Of a DNA stretch of 64,000 nt, positions 43,932 to 51,950 are shown piece after piece; position 1 is the stretch's first letter; each line of letters opens with the position of its first letter. The DNA is from a virus (taxonomy: Duplodnaviria > Caudoviricetes). The notes beneath the pieces are model-generated. The model was given only the letters and a program-made list of their open reading frames with translations, made no database searches and was not told where the DNA came from. A program made the translations under genes and the position numbers. Location: positions 11,757-75,756 of IMG/VR virus record IMGVR_UViG_3300047400_000324. One strand, 5' to 3'.

Positions 43932-43939
43932 TATTTATA
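43932..43939 (-). promoter_or_regulatory. Late promoter for the OMP/tRNA transcript
   Basis: TATAAATA on the minus strand. Confidence 0.65.
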
Positions 43940-43971
43940 CACTATAATGAATGGTTTGTCAACCACAAAAT

Positions 43972-44394
43972 TTATACCAATTCGATTTTATCTCTAACTA
44001 CGTGCAATCTAACTTGTTTCGCATCGGCAATACGTTCTCCTCCAAAACGAAGATAATCTCGCCCTCCATCGACAAAAATGCCTTTATGAGTTCTATAGTC
44101 ATGTCTATATCTACTATAGATAACTTCATCGTCTATCTGTATTCCAGAAAAATCTTCGATAGCACTTATTGCATCGGTGATCATAGAATCACCTTGATCA
44201 GATATATAAAATCCAAACCAATTCGAACCTTGGGGATGAGCCTGTTCGGTATAAAAAACAGCAACTGGAAAATTTACCCATCCACCATATTTGTTTTTCA
44301 AACAACTTTCAAAAACATATGTTGCATTCATTTTGTTTTCTATAATTTTAATGCTTGCATCTTTGAGAAAAGACGATTCATTCAAAATTTTCAT
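43972..44394 (-). CDS. Conserved phage hypothetical protein
   Basis: IYSRYRHDYR....IFVDGGRDYLR. Confidence 0.7.
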   Translation of the reverse strand: MKILNESSFLKDASIKIIENKMNATYVFESCLKNKYGGWVNFPVAVFYTEQAHPQGSNWFGFYISDQGDSMITDAISAIEDFSGIQIDDEVIYSRYRHDYRTHKGIFVDGGRDYLRFGGERIADAKQVRLHVVRDKIELV

Positions 44395-44397
44395 AGT

Positions 44398-45405
44398 TTA
44401 AAATATCTCTCTAAACATAATTTCAAATGCCGCAGCTAAAAATCCAGCAGCAGGAATAGTCAAAATCCATGCAATAAGAATTTCTTGAGCCTTTTTCCAT
44501 TTGACTTTTGGTTCCGATTGACTCGCACCAACTCCAAGAATGGAACCTGTTATAGTATGAGTAGTACTGACAGGTATACCCAATCCACTGGCGATAAACA
44601 ACATCATTCCTCCACCAGTTTCTGCCATAAATCCGCCTCTGGAATCCAACCTAGTAAGTTTGAATCCTAATGTTTGCACAATTCTCCAACCACCGGCAAG
44701 AGTCCCAAGTCCCATTGCAATAAAACTACACCATACAGCCCACATTGGAATATTGCTAGCAGTAGATACAAAACCACTTACAATCAATATCAACCAAATA
44801 ATACCAGCTGTCTTTTGTGCATCGTTCGATCCATGCCCTAAACTATAAAATGCAGCACTGCTTATTTGAGCCCAACGAAAAAAACGCAATTGTTTTTCTG
44901 TAGTTTCAGGCAATAAATTTCTTATAATAGTATTGATACCAGCTCCAAGAATAAATCCGATACAAGGACTAGCAACAATAAAAATAAGAGTTTTTCCCAA
45001 TCCTTCCCAAAGAAGATTATTTGCACCACCAATAGCAACAACAGATCCAATAATACCACCTATCAGTGCATGACTGCTACTTGTAGGTAAACCGAAATAC
45101 CATGTTATCATATTCCAAGAAATAGCACCACAAAGTGCTCCAGCTATAACATAAAGATCGATGGCGCTTGGAACTACAATACCTTTTCCAATTGTAGCGG
45201 CAACTGAAAGATTCATAATAAACATGGAAATGAAATTGCATATAGCTGCCATAACTACAGCTTGAGTTGCCGTCAAAGTTCCAGTTGCAACAACTGTTGC
45301 AATACTGTTTGCGGCATCGTGAAACCCATTTGTAAAATCGAAAATAAGAGCAAGCAATATCAAAGATATCACAATCAATGTTAAATTTGTCATTTTTTCA
45401 TCCAA
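44398..45405 (-). CDS. pit: Inorganic phosphate transporter (PiT family)
   Basis: FTNGFHDAANSIAT, PTSSSHALIG, HGSNDAQK, PVSTTH signatures. Confidence 0.95.
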   Translation of the reverse strand: MDEKMTNLTLIVISLILLALIFDFTNGFHDAANSIATVVATGTLTATQAVVMAAICNFISMFIMNLSVAATIGKGIVVPSAIDLYVIAGALCGAISWNMITWYFGLPTSSSHALIGGIIGSVVAIGGANNLLWEGLGKTLIFIVASPCIGFILGAGINTIIRNLLPETTEKQLRFFRWAQISSAAFYSLGHGSNDAQKTAGIIWLILIVSGFVSTASNIPMWAVWCSFIAMGLGTLAGGWRIVQTLGFKLTRLDSRGGFMAETGGGMMLFIASGLGIPVSTTHTITGSILGVGASQSEPKVKWKKAQEILIAWILTIPAAGFLAAAFEIMFREIF

Positions 45406-45421
45406 TCATAACGTCATTTTT

Positions 45422-45498
45422 TGGAGCTGATTGCCGGTAACGCTCCGGTCCTCTCCAGTGTGGAAAACTGGGGGCCCATCTATCTAGACCAAATCAGC
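45422..45498 (-). tRNA. Atypical tRNA-Gly (UCC)
   Basis: GCTGATT/AATCAGC-U73-CCA; CCAGT-TTTCCAC-ACTGG; T loop AGCGTTA. Confidence 0.65.
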
Positions 45499-45937
45499 GA
45501 ATAATATACTCATAGTTAATAGTTTTTTCATTTTCTTTTAAAAGAACAGCACCATTCGATAAATGGAATCGGCGCGCCATTTCCGTTTTTGGACTCAATG
45601 TGACAAATCTTTTAATATGCGGTTTATTTTTTTGAATGTATTTTACTATATCGAAAATAATTTGTCTACCATATCCTTTTTCATACGACCAGACCGTATA
45701 AAAAACAGCAATTCGCGGTGGATCGGCAAATTCTGGAAATGCATTCAATTCTTCTACAATTGTTGGAATTTGATCTAGATAAGCTACACAACAAATTGCC
45801 AACGGTGCACAAGAATTATCTATTTGAAAAATTTGTTTGCCAAAACTTGTTCTGAATTCATAATCCAATTCAGGTCTTACAGGATCGTCTTTGATATAAT
45901 CTTTGTAATTATTTGGCATTTCACGAAAATGAGACAT
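45494..45937 (-). CDS. Conserved phage protein, possible GNAT fold
   Basis: KDDPVRP, AVFYTVWSYEKGYGR, TLSPKTEMARRFHL.NGA. Confidence 0.55.
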   Translation of the reverse strand: MSHFREMPNNYKDYIKDDPVRPELDYEFRTSFGKQIFQIDNSCAPLAICCVAYLDQIPTIVEELNAFPEFADPPRIAVFYTVWSYEKGYGRQIIFDIVKYIQKNKPHIKRFVTLSPKTEMARRFHLSNGAVLLKENEKTINYEYIIR

Positions 45938-45939
45938 TT

Positions 45940-46131
45940 TTATTTCTTTTTTCTGCCATTACCCTTTTTATATCCAGTGCCAAAAGGAGAATAACCCGTA
46001 ACAACCCAAGAGTTTTTTTGTTTTTTACCGGCTTGATTTGCAACTTTTGTAAAAGAAGCAGTACTGCCATCTTTATATCTTTTAGTTTTTTGTAAGCTTG
46101 ATTTAGAAACAGTTTTTGCCATAATATTCAT
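45940..46131 (-). CDS. Small basic hypothetical protein
   Basis: Lys-rich in-operon ORF. Confidence 0.5.
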   Translation of the reverse strand: MNIMAKTVSKSSLQKTKRYKDGSTASFTKVANQAGKKQKNSWVVTGYSPFGTGYKKGNGRKKK

Positions 46132-46165
46132 TTCTTTTATTGATTAATTTATATAATATATATAA

Positions 46166-46241
46166 TGGTGCCCCTTGTCCGACTCGAACGAACCACCTGC
46201 TGATTACAAATCAGCTGCTCTACCAGATGAGCTAAAGGGGC
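46166..46241 (-). tRNA. tRNA-Thr (UGU)
   Basis: GCCCCTT/AAGGGGC-A-CCA; GCTGA-TTTGTAA-TCAGC. Confidence 0.94.
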
Positions 46242-46244
46242 ATA

Positions 46245-46274
46245 AAGACCAGCTGATATATATCAGCTGGTCTT
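46245..46274. repeat. Perfect 30-bp palindrome
   Basis: aagaccagctgatat|atatcagctggtctt. Confidence 0.95.
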
Positions 46275-46279
46275 GAAAA

Positions 46280-46372
46280 TGGTAGGGAATGGCGGTAACG
46301 ATCCGCCCCGTTGCCCTCATCTAGGACTCTCCCGGGTTTATAAGGCCCAGCCGCACACCTGTGCTATCCCCC
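46280..46372 (-). tRNA. Atypical tRNA-like gene with UAU anticodon and long variable arm
   Basis: GGGGGAT/ATTCCCT-A-CCA; mini D arm GCAC-AGGT-GTGC; loop CTTATAA; V arm GTCCT/AGGGC; T arm GGCGG-ATCGTTA-CCGCC. Confidence 0.6.
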
Positions 46373-46435
46373 ATAATATGGGTGAGAAGTTAACCATGAC
46401 TTCTCGCGCGTTTATTGAGGAACGACCCTTTAATT

Positions 46436-46510
46436 TGGCTTGCCAGGTAGGACTCGAACCTACAACCATTCGGTTAACAGCCGAATGCTCTACCATTGAG
46501 CTACTGACAA
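46436..46510 (-). tRNA. tRNA-Asn (GUU)
   Basis: TTGTCAG/CTGGCAA-G-CCA; TTCGG-CTGTTAA-CCGAA. Confidence 0.94.
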
Positions 46511-46523
46511 TCAAATTCTTTTC

Positions 46524-46600
46524 TGGAGAACCGGGTGAGATTTGAACTCACATAAAACAGGATTTGCAATCCTGCGCCTAAGCCATTCGACCACCGGTCC
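46524..46600 (-). tRNA. tRNA-Cys (GCA)
   Basis: GGACCGG/CCGGTTC-U73-CCA; CAGGA-TTGCAAA-TCCTG. Confidence 0.92.
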
Positions 46601-46609
46601 ATTTTTTAT

Positions 46610-46816
46610 TTATACAACGTCATAAAAATAATACAAATCGAATAAGCTTCCATCCTCTCGAATGGATCGCATGCGTTTGTTCGGATAAGACCTTTGAAGA
46701 TCCCGAACGATCCGATTTGTAACAGATGGATTCTGATTTACACCATTGGTAATGGTGGTAACATGAACCCAGCCGGAACTATTGTCCAGATATTCGATTT
46801 TTAGATCGTCTTCCAT
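46610..46816 (-). CDS. Hypothetical protein
   Basis: ORF downstream of a TTGACA promoter, with SD AAAGG. Confidence 0.55.
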   Translation of the reverse strand: MEDDLKIEYLDNSSGWVHVTTITNGVNQNPSVTNRIVRDLQRSYPNKRMRSIREDGSLFDLYYFYDVV

Positions 46817-46875
46817 TTCATCGCCTTTCTATTTTGTGATCTTATATCACAAATAAAGGTTTGTCAACCATTTTT

Positions 46876-47055
46876 TTAGGCATCCAAATAAATGCCCAAA
46901 ATAGATATCTCCGCTTTAGATAAATCATCGTTGAACCTCGCGGAAGGATAACTAATCCATTGGATGATATGTTCGATCATTTTTTGACGAACTGGATCAT
47001 CCTTAGCCCTCCGTGAAGCCGATTTCAGCTTATCCGTAACAGCCACGATGTTCAT
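46876..47055 (-). CDS. Hypothetical early protein
   Basis: MNIVAVTDKLKS...; start downstream of the promoter at 47089-47117. Confidence 0.55.
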   Translation of the reverse strand: MNIVAVTDKLKSASRRAKDDPVRQKMIEHIIQWISYPSARFNDDLSKAEISILGIYLDA

Positions 47056-47088
47056 AACCAAATATCTCTCTTCGGTTTCGATAAAATT

Positions 47089-47117
47089 CTTATATAACGA
47101 TCCGGATCGAATGTCAA
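47089..47117 (-). promoter_or_regulatory. Sigma70-like leftward promoter
   Basis: TTGACA-N17-TATAAG. Confidence 0.75.
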
Positions 47118-47137
47118 CGATTTTTATATATAAAAAA

Positions 47138-47429
47138 GACATAGCTGATATGCGGATATCAATTAGATATCAGATACCAATGAGATACTAACTGGTATCC
47201 GGTTCAAAGCGCCAAAATATCTAGCGATCTCTCATCGACCTAGACGTGTTACGATACAGCTTGGATGGCTTAGGTCGCCGAGAGAGCGCTATTTTTAGCT
47301 AAGTCATTGATATACAACAAAACTAGATTTATCATCTAATCTAATGATATCAATAACTTAGCTAAAAATGGGCACTATCGTATTGTGGTTTGATAGCTAG
47401 CTATGCATTGTCCGCATATCAGATATGTC
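47138..47429. repeat. Nested inverted-repeat region at the strand switch
   Basis: 19-bp arms 47138-56/47411-29 (1 mismatch); 23-bp arms 47291-313/47347-69 (1 mismatch); interrupted stem 47222-47290. Confidence 0.85.
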
Positions 47430-47439
47430 AGAATTTAAA

Positions 47440-47468
47440 TTGACATTTCATCCATTTTAGGTTATAAC
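47440..47468 (+). promoter_or_regulatory. Sigma70-like rightward promoter
   Basis: TTGACA-N17-TATAAC. Confidence 0.75.
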
Positions 47469-47496
47469 CATTTTATGCAAATGAAGGTACAATATC

Positions 47497-48639
47497 ATGC
47501 CTCCTAAATCCATGCCTAACAAGGCACCAATAAAGGTGCCTAAAACTCGTAAGGTCAAGGCTACCCGTTCGGCTCAATATCTTACCGATCTCAAACATAT
47601 GGGCGAAGAACCCGATGTTGCCGGTAAGACCCTGTTCGGCACCGAGCTTGGGCACGTATTTAGCTGGTACAATTATATGTGCTCGCGTACGGAAGCTCGC
47701 GAATATGTAGAAAATTATCTAAAGTCGCATAAGCGGCAAGCCGATCTTGTGGCTTTTCGAAAAGTGCCAGATGCGTATATCGATACCGTTGCCGCATGGC
47801 AGGCTCGGATCATGATGCGCGGTGGTTCTACCGGATCCGATACGGCTGAAAAGTTTTCCAAACGTTTGGCAGATATGCTCAAACATGGAAATCGCAAATC
47901 TGTCGATACCATGTCCGATTCCAAGCCATCTATCCAAAACAGGATATCCGATAAGATATCCAATACGATTGGTGAATTGGACGAACTTATCGACCAAGAG
48001 GGTTGGACCATCGACGTATATGAATGGCTGACTCAAAAACAGGTCCCGCAAGCTTATGCCAAGCATATTGCTGAATTTTTCAAGCAAACTGCCGATGAAG
48101 CAGTTTTGCTGATCAGCAAAAAAGCTCCGAACGATCTGTTGGAAGGTTATAAATCTTTCAATAAGACAGAACTCAAACAACGTGCAAATTTTTATACAAA
48201 GCTTATCGCCGATTGCGCGCGATATGCCGATGTTGTAAAAAAGAGACGGGTTGTCAATAGGACAAAAAAGCCCATAACCGCCGAAAAGATGCTCAAAACG
48301 TTCAAACATCAAACGGAATCCAAGGAATATAAAATCGCTTCGGTAAAACCCGAAAAAATCCTTGGATGTCAAGAGCTTTGGACATTCAATACTCGCTACA
48401 AGACATTGCATGTTTTTTATGCAAATGGTCCAGCTGGTTTGAGCGTAAAGGGCACAACCATATTGGGATATGATGAAAACAAATCCCGAGGATTCCGAAT
48501 CGGTCGCAAAACCCAAGAATATTTGGGAATGACCCTAAAAGGTGGAGTGAGAAATCTATCGAAAATCATGGCTCTCAAACCATGCACGTTGCAGCATAGA
48601 TGCAATGAGAATACTATCCTGATAAAAGCTGATAAATAG
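47497..48639 (+). CDS. Conserved T4-like early protein of unknown function
   Basis: FSWYNY; IASVKPEKILG..ELWTFNTRYK.L....GLSVKGTTI pattern; GC-richer than the rest of the window. Confidence 0.7.
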   Translation: MPPKSMPNKAPIKVPKTRKVKATRSAQYLTDLKHMGEEPDVAGKTLFGTELGHVFSWYNYMCSRTEAREYVENYLKSHKRQADLVAFRKVPDAYIDTVAAWQARIMMRGGSTGSDTAEKFSKRLADMLKHGNRKSVDTMSDSKPSIQNRISDKISNTIGELDELIDQEGWTIDVYEWLTQKQVPQAYAKHIAEFFKQTADEAVLLISKKAPNDLLEGYKSFNKTELKQRANFYTKLIADCARYADVVKKRRVVNRTKKPITAEKMLKTFKHQTESKEYKIASVKPEKILGCQELWTFNTRYKTLHVFYANGPAGLSVKGTTILGYDENKSRGFRIGRKTQEYLGMTLKGGVRNLSKIMALKPCTLQHRCNENTILIKADK

Positions 48640-48642
48640 GAG

Positions 48643-48882
48643 ATGACAATGAAGAAGATGACAATTTCATTCGATATCGATATTCCGGAGGATAGTTCTG
48701 AACAAACTACCTCCCTGTATATCGAAGAAATTCTATTCAAAGCAGCAGAGAACCATGCACATCAGCTGATGCTGACCGCGTATGAAAAGCTCACTGGCAA
48801 TGAATTGAAAGAATTCTTGAATGAAGAAACACAAATACTAAATCAATTGGAACGAATACGCAACAGCATTACATATTCTTAG
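48643..48882 (+). CDS. Hypothetical protein
   Basis: SD AGGAG; followed by a terminator. Confidence 0.6.
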   Translation: MTMKKMTISFDIDIPEDSSEQTTSLYIEEILFKAAENHAHQLMLTAYEKLTGNELKEFLNEETQILNQLERIRNSITYS

Positions 48883-48890
48883 TGATTTAT

Positions 48891-48916
48891 AAAGGCAGCT
48901 TTGGCTGCCTTTTTTT
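48891..48916 (+). terminator. Intrinsic terminator
   Basis: aaggcagc-tttg-gctgcctt followed by a T run. Confidence 0.85.
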
Positions 48917-48918
48917 AT

Positions 48919-48926
48919 TATAAATA
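48919..48926 (+). promoter_or_regulatory. Late promoter for gene 3
   Basis: TATAAATA about 20 nt before the ATG. Confidence 0.8.
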
Positions 48927-48946
48927 TTGCAATAAGGGGAAAATTT

Positions 48947-49459
48947 ATGGTAGATATATCGAATAAAAACTTTCTTTCGCCACTCAATTTTAAATTTCAA
49001 TTGAAGCGAGCACCACACATCAATTTTTTTCTACAGACGATTAATATTCCATCATTGTCGTTGCCTTCTATAAATGTTTCCAATCCATTGGTCAGAGTTC
49101 CATTTCCTGGCGATCATTTGGTATATGAAGATTTGCAAATATCTTTTCGTGTGGACGAGGATTTACAGGATTACATGGAAATTCACAATTGGTTGAGAAG
49201 TCTGGGAAAATTGAATTATACAGAATATCAATCATTGACCTCCAATGCATCTTATACTGGTCAAGGTATAAGATCGGATATATCTCTTACAATTTTGACC
49301 AGTCAAAAAGTACCTAATTATGAAATTATTTTTAAGGATGCATTTCCCACAAATATATCTTCACTCAATTTTACCACAATGGACGAACAACTGACATATA
49401 TCGAGGCATCTGCTACATTTAAATTTGTTTATTTCGATATAAATGAAATTTCTGGTTGA
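48947..49459 (+). CDS. 3: Tail tube terminator/completion protein (gp3-like)
   Basis: NFLSPLNFKF, PFPGD.L.YEDL.I.F.VDEDL..Y.EIHNWL, FKDAFPT. Confidence 0.8.
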   Translation: MVDISNKNFLSPLNFKFQLKRAPHINFFLQTINIPSLSLPSINVSNPLVRVPFPGDHLVYEDLQISFRVDEDLQDYMEIHNWLRSLGKLNYTEYQSLTSNASYTGQGIRSDISLTILTSQKVPNYEIIFKDAFPTNISSLNFTTMDEQLTYIEASATFKFVYFDINEISG

Positions 49460-49484
49460 CAATGCTGTAAATCGATGTTATAAG
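49456..49484 (+). promoter_or_regulatory. Sigma70-like promoter for the uvsY-uvsW operon
   Basis: TTGACA-N17-TATAAG. Confidence 0.7.
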
Positions 49485-49522
49485 GTGTATTGACACAAAT
49501 AAATATATTATAGGATTATATT

Positions 49523-49960
49523 ATGGATACAGAAGATATCTTTAATGAATGGAAAAAAGATTCAGTATACGATGAAGCTAATTTAGATAAAGAAAGTCTT
49601 AAGACTCCTTCTTTGCATCATAAATATTATATGATGTATATTTCAGAAAAACATAAACTATCTAATCTTGAAACTGAATTGAAAATACTTAGTCATGAGA
49701 AAAAAGAATTTTATGAACAAGGTCATACAGAAGAAACAAAAAAGCTTGGGTGGAAATTGCCACCAAAAGGCATGATACTTAAATCAGAAAGTTTACGCTA
49801 CGTAGAAGCAGACCCTGATATTATATCTCTTTCAAAGAAGATAGGAAGACAATCTGAAAAGGTAGGATTTCTTAATAATATTTTGAATTATTTGAATAAA
49901 AATAGAGGATGGGATATTAAAAACGCTATAGATTTTAAGAAATTTCAAATGGGTGTATAA
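49523..49960 (+). CDS. uvsY: Recombination mediator UvsY
   Basis: EWKKDS..D, SL.TP.LH.KY, YVEADPD, RGW.IKNAIDF.KF; precedes uvsW. Confidence 0.88.
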   Translation: MDTEDIFNEWKKDSVYDEANLDKESLKTPSLHHKYYMMYISEKHKLSNLETELKILSHEKKEFYEQGHTEETKKLGWKLPPKGMILKSESLRYVEADPDIISLSKKIGRQSEKVGFLNNILNYLNKNRGWDIKNAIDFKKFQMGV

Positions 49961-51403
49961 TTGATAGAAGTTGTAAAGATTTGCAAATATAATGAGGTGT
50001 ATGCAAGAATAGAATGCGAACCAAGTACTGCTATGGAAATAGCAGAAAGATTTACGTTTATGGTGCCAGGTGCAAAATTCTCTCCTATGTATAAGAATAA
50101 ACTTTGGGATGGAAAAATAAGAATTTTCAATCCTATGAATCGTTTATTGTATATTGGATTGATTCCCGAACTTGAAAATCTTTGTAACAGCAGAAAATAT
50201 CATATAGAATATGAAATTGAAAATGCAGATATAGAATTTTCATTGCATGAAGCTGAAAAATTTGTAAAGGCTTTAGAACCAAAATATGAACCTAGAGATT
50301 ATCAATATGAAGCATTTGTACATGCAATAAGAAAAAGACGTGCATTGCTTCTTTCGCCAACAGGTTCAGGCAAATCTCTTATCATTTATATGTTAGCATG
50401 TTATTATCAATCTAAAACACTTATAGTTGTTCCAACCACTTCTCTTGTCCATCAGATGGCATCGGATTTCGAAGACTATGGATTTCCAAAAAAACTGATT
50501 CATAAAATTATGTCAGGAGAAGAAAAAGAAACAGATGCTCCTTATGTAATTTCAACTTGGCAATCTATTTTTAAAATGCCAAAACCATGGTTCAAACAAT
50601 TTAAAGTTGTTATAGGCGATGAAGCGCATTTATTCAAAGCAAAGTCTCTTACAGCTATAATGACTAAATTGGATGAATGCAAATATAGATTTGGATTTAC
50701 AGGAACTTTAGATGGGACACAGACAAATAAATTGATATTGGAAGGACTTTTTGGTCCCGTAAAAAGAGTGGCAGCCACTTCTGAATTGATAGAACAAAAA
50801 TATCTATCGGATTTAAAAATCAAATCGTGTCTTTTAAAACATCCAGATGAAACAAAAAAACTATTATATAGATCGGAATATCAAGATGAAATGGATTTTC
50901 TGGTAAAATGCGAAAAGAGAAATAGATTTATAGTCAATTTAGCATTATCTTTAAAGGGAAATTCTATGGTATTGTTTCAATACGTAGAAAAGCACGGAAA
51001 AGTTTTATATGATATGTTGACAAAAGAAGCACCGAATGTTAAAATATATTTTATATCTGGTGGAATAGATAGTCAAAAACGTGAAGAAATTAGAAAAATT
51101 CTGGAAACAGAACAAAATGCAATTCTTGTTGCTAGTTATGGAACTTCAAGCACAGGTCTTAACATTCGCAATTTGTCTAACGTTATATTTGCTAGTCCAT
51201 CAAAATCTCTTGTACGAGTCCTTCAATCGATAGGAAGAGTTCTTAGAATGACAGAATCCAAAGATGTCGCGACTCTTTTTGATATTGGCGATGATATTTC
51301 TTGGAAATCTAGAAAAAACTATACGTTGAATCACTATAACGAAAGATTGGAAATATACAATAAGGAAAAATTTTCATATAAGAAATATGATATACAATTA
51401 TAA
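49961..51403 (+). CDS. uvsW: SF2 helicase UvsW (TTG start)
   Basis: SPTGSGKS, IVVPTTSLV.Q, GDEAHLF, GFTGT, VLQSIGRVLR. Confidence 0.95.
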   Translation: MIEVVKICKYNEVYARIECEPSTAMEIAERFTFMVPGAKFSPMYKNKLWDGKIRIFNPMNRLLYIGLIPELENLCNSRKYHIEYEIENADIEFSLHEAEKFVKALEPKYEPRDYQYEAFVHAIRKRRALLLSPTGSGKSLIIYMLACYYQSKTLIVVPTTSLVHQMASDFEDYGFPKKLIHKIMSGEEKETDAPYVISTWQSIFKMPKPWFKQFKVVIGDEAHLFKAKSLTAIMTKLDECKYRFGFTGTLDGTQTNKLILEGLFGPVKRVAATSELIEQKYLSDLKIKSCLLKHPDETKKLLYRSEYQDEMDFLVKCEKRNRFIVNLALSLKGNSMVLFQYVEKHGKVLYDMLTKEAPNVKIYFISGGIDSQKREEIRKILETEQNAILVASYGTSSTGLNIRNLSNVIFASPSKSLVRVLQSIGRVLRMTESKDVATLFDIGDDISWKSRKNYTLNHYNERLEIYNKEKFSYKKYDIQL

Positions 51404-51417
51404 TTAGAGAGTTTGTT

Positions 51418-51945
51418 ATGGCTAGAAATTATGTGAATAATAAAGATTTTTATGAATCTATAATTAAATACAAAAAAGAACTGATCGAAAAACCAGAAAA
51501 GAAAGTGCCAGATTACATTGGTATCTGTATAAATCAAATTTGCAATAGGCTTTCTTCAAAACCTAATTTTTCTGGATATACGTTCCGTGATGAAATGATA
51601 TCGGACGCATTAGAAAATTGTTTCTATGCTTTACCTAAATTCAATCCAGAAAGAACAAATAATCCATTTGCGTATTTTACACAAGTTGCAAAAAACGCAT
51701 TTATCAGAAGAATAACAATTGAGAAAAAAGAGCAATATACAAAATATAAAAATTTGCAAACTCTTCAATTAGTTGGTCTATCTCAAAATATGTATGGAGA
51801 TAGCGATATACTTTTACATGATAAAAACAACGATGTTGCAAATGAAATTATTGGTTCCTTCGAAACTAAAATGAAATCAAAAAAGAAAATAAAAACAGGA
51901 ATCGATTTGTTTGCCAATGTATCTCTTGATAATTTTAAAGGATAA
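51418..51945 (+). CDS. 55: Late-transcription sigma factor gp55
   Basis: NYVNNKDFY, PDYIG.CI..I.NRLS.KPNF.GYTFRDEMISDA, NPFAYFTQ. Confidence 0.93.
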   Translation: MARNYVNNKDFYESIIKYKKELIEKPEKKVPDYIGICINQICNRLSSKPNFSGYTFRDEMISDALENCFYALPKFNPERTNNPFAYFTQVAKNAFIRRITIEKKEQYTKYKNLQTLQLVGLSQNMYGDSDILLHDKNNDVANEIIGSFETKMKSKKKIKTGIDLFANVSLDNFKG

Positions 51946-51950
51946 TTCAA

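Noticed and set aside
46273-46545. 90-aa plus-strand ORF
   Set aside because: Antisense to tRNA genes.
47715-48740. Long minus-strand ORFs (265, 107 and 98 aa)
   Set aside because: Shadows of the GC-richer plus-strand gene; no SD or recognisable motifs.
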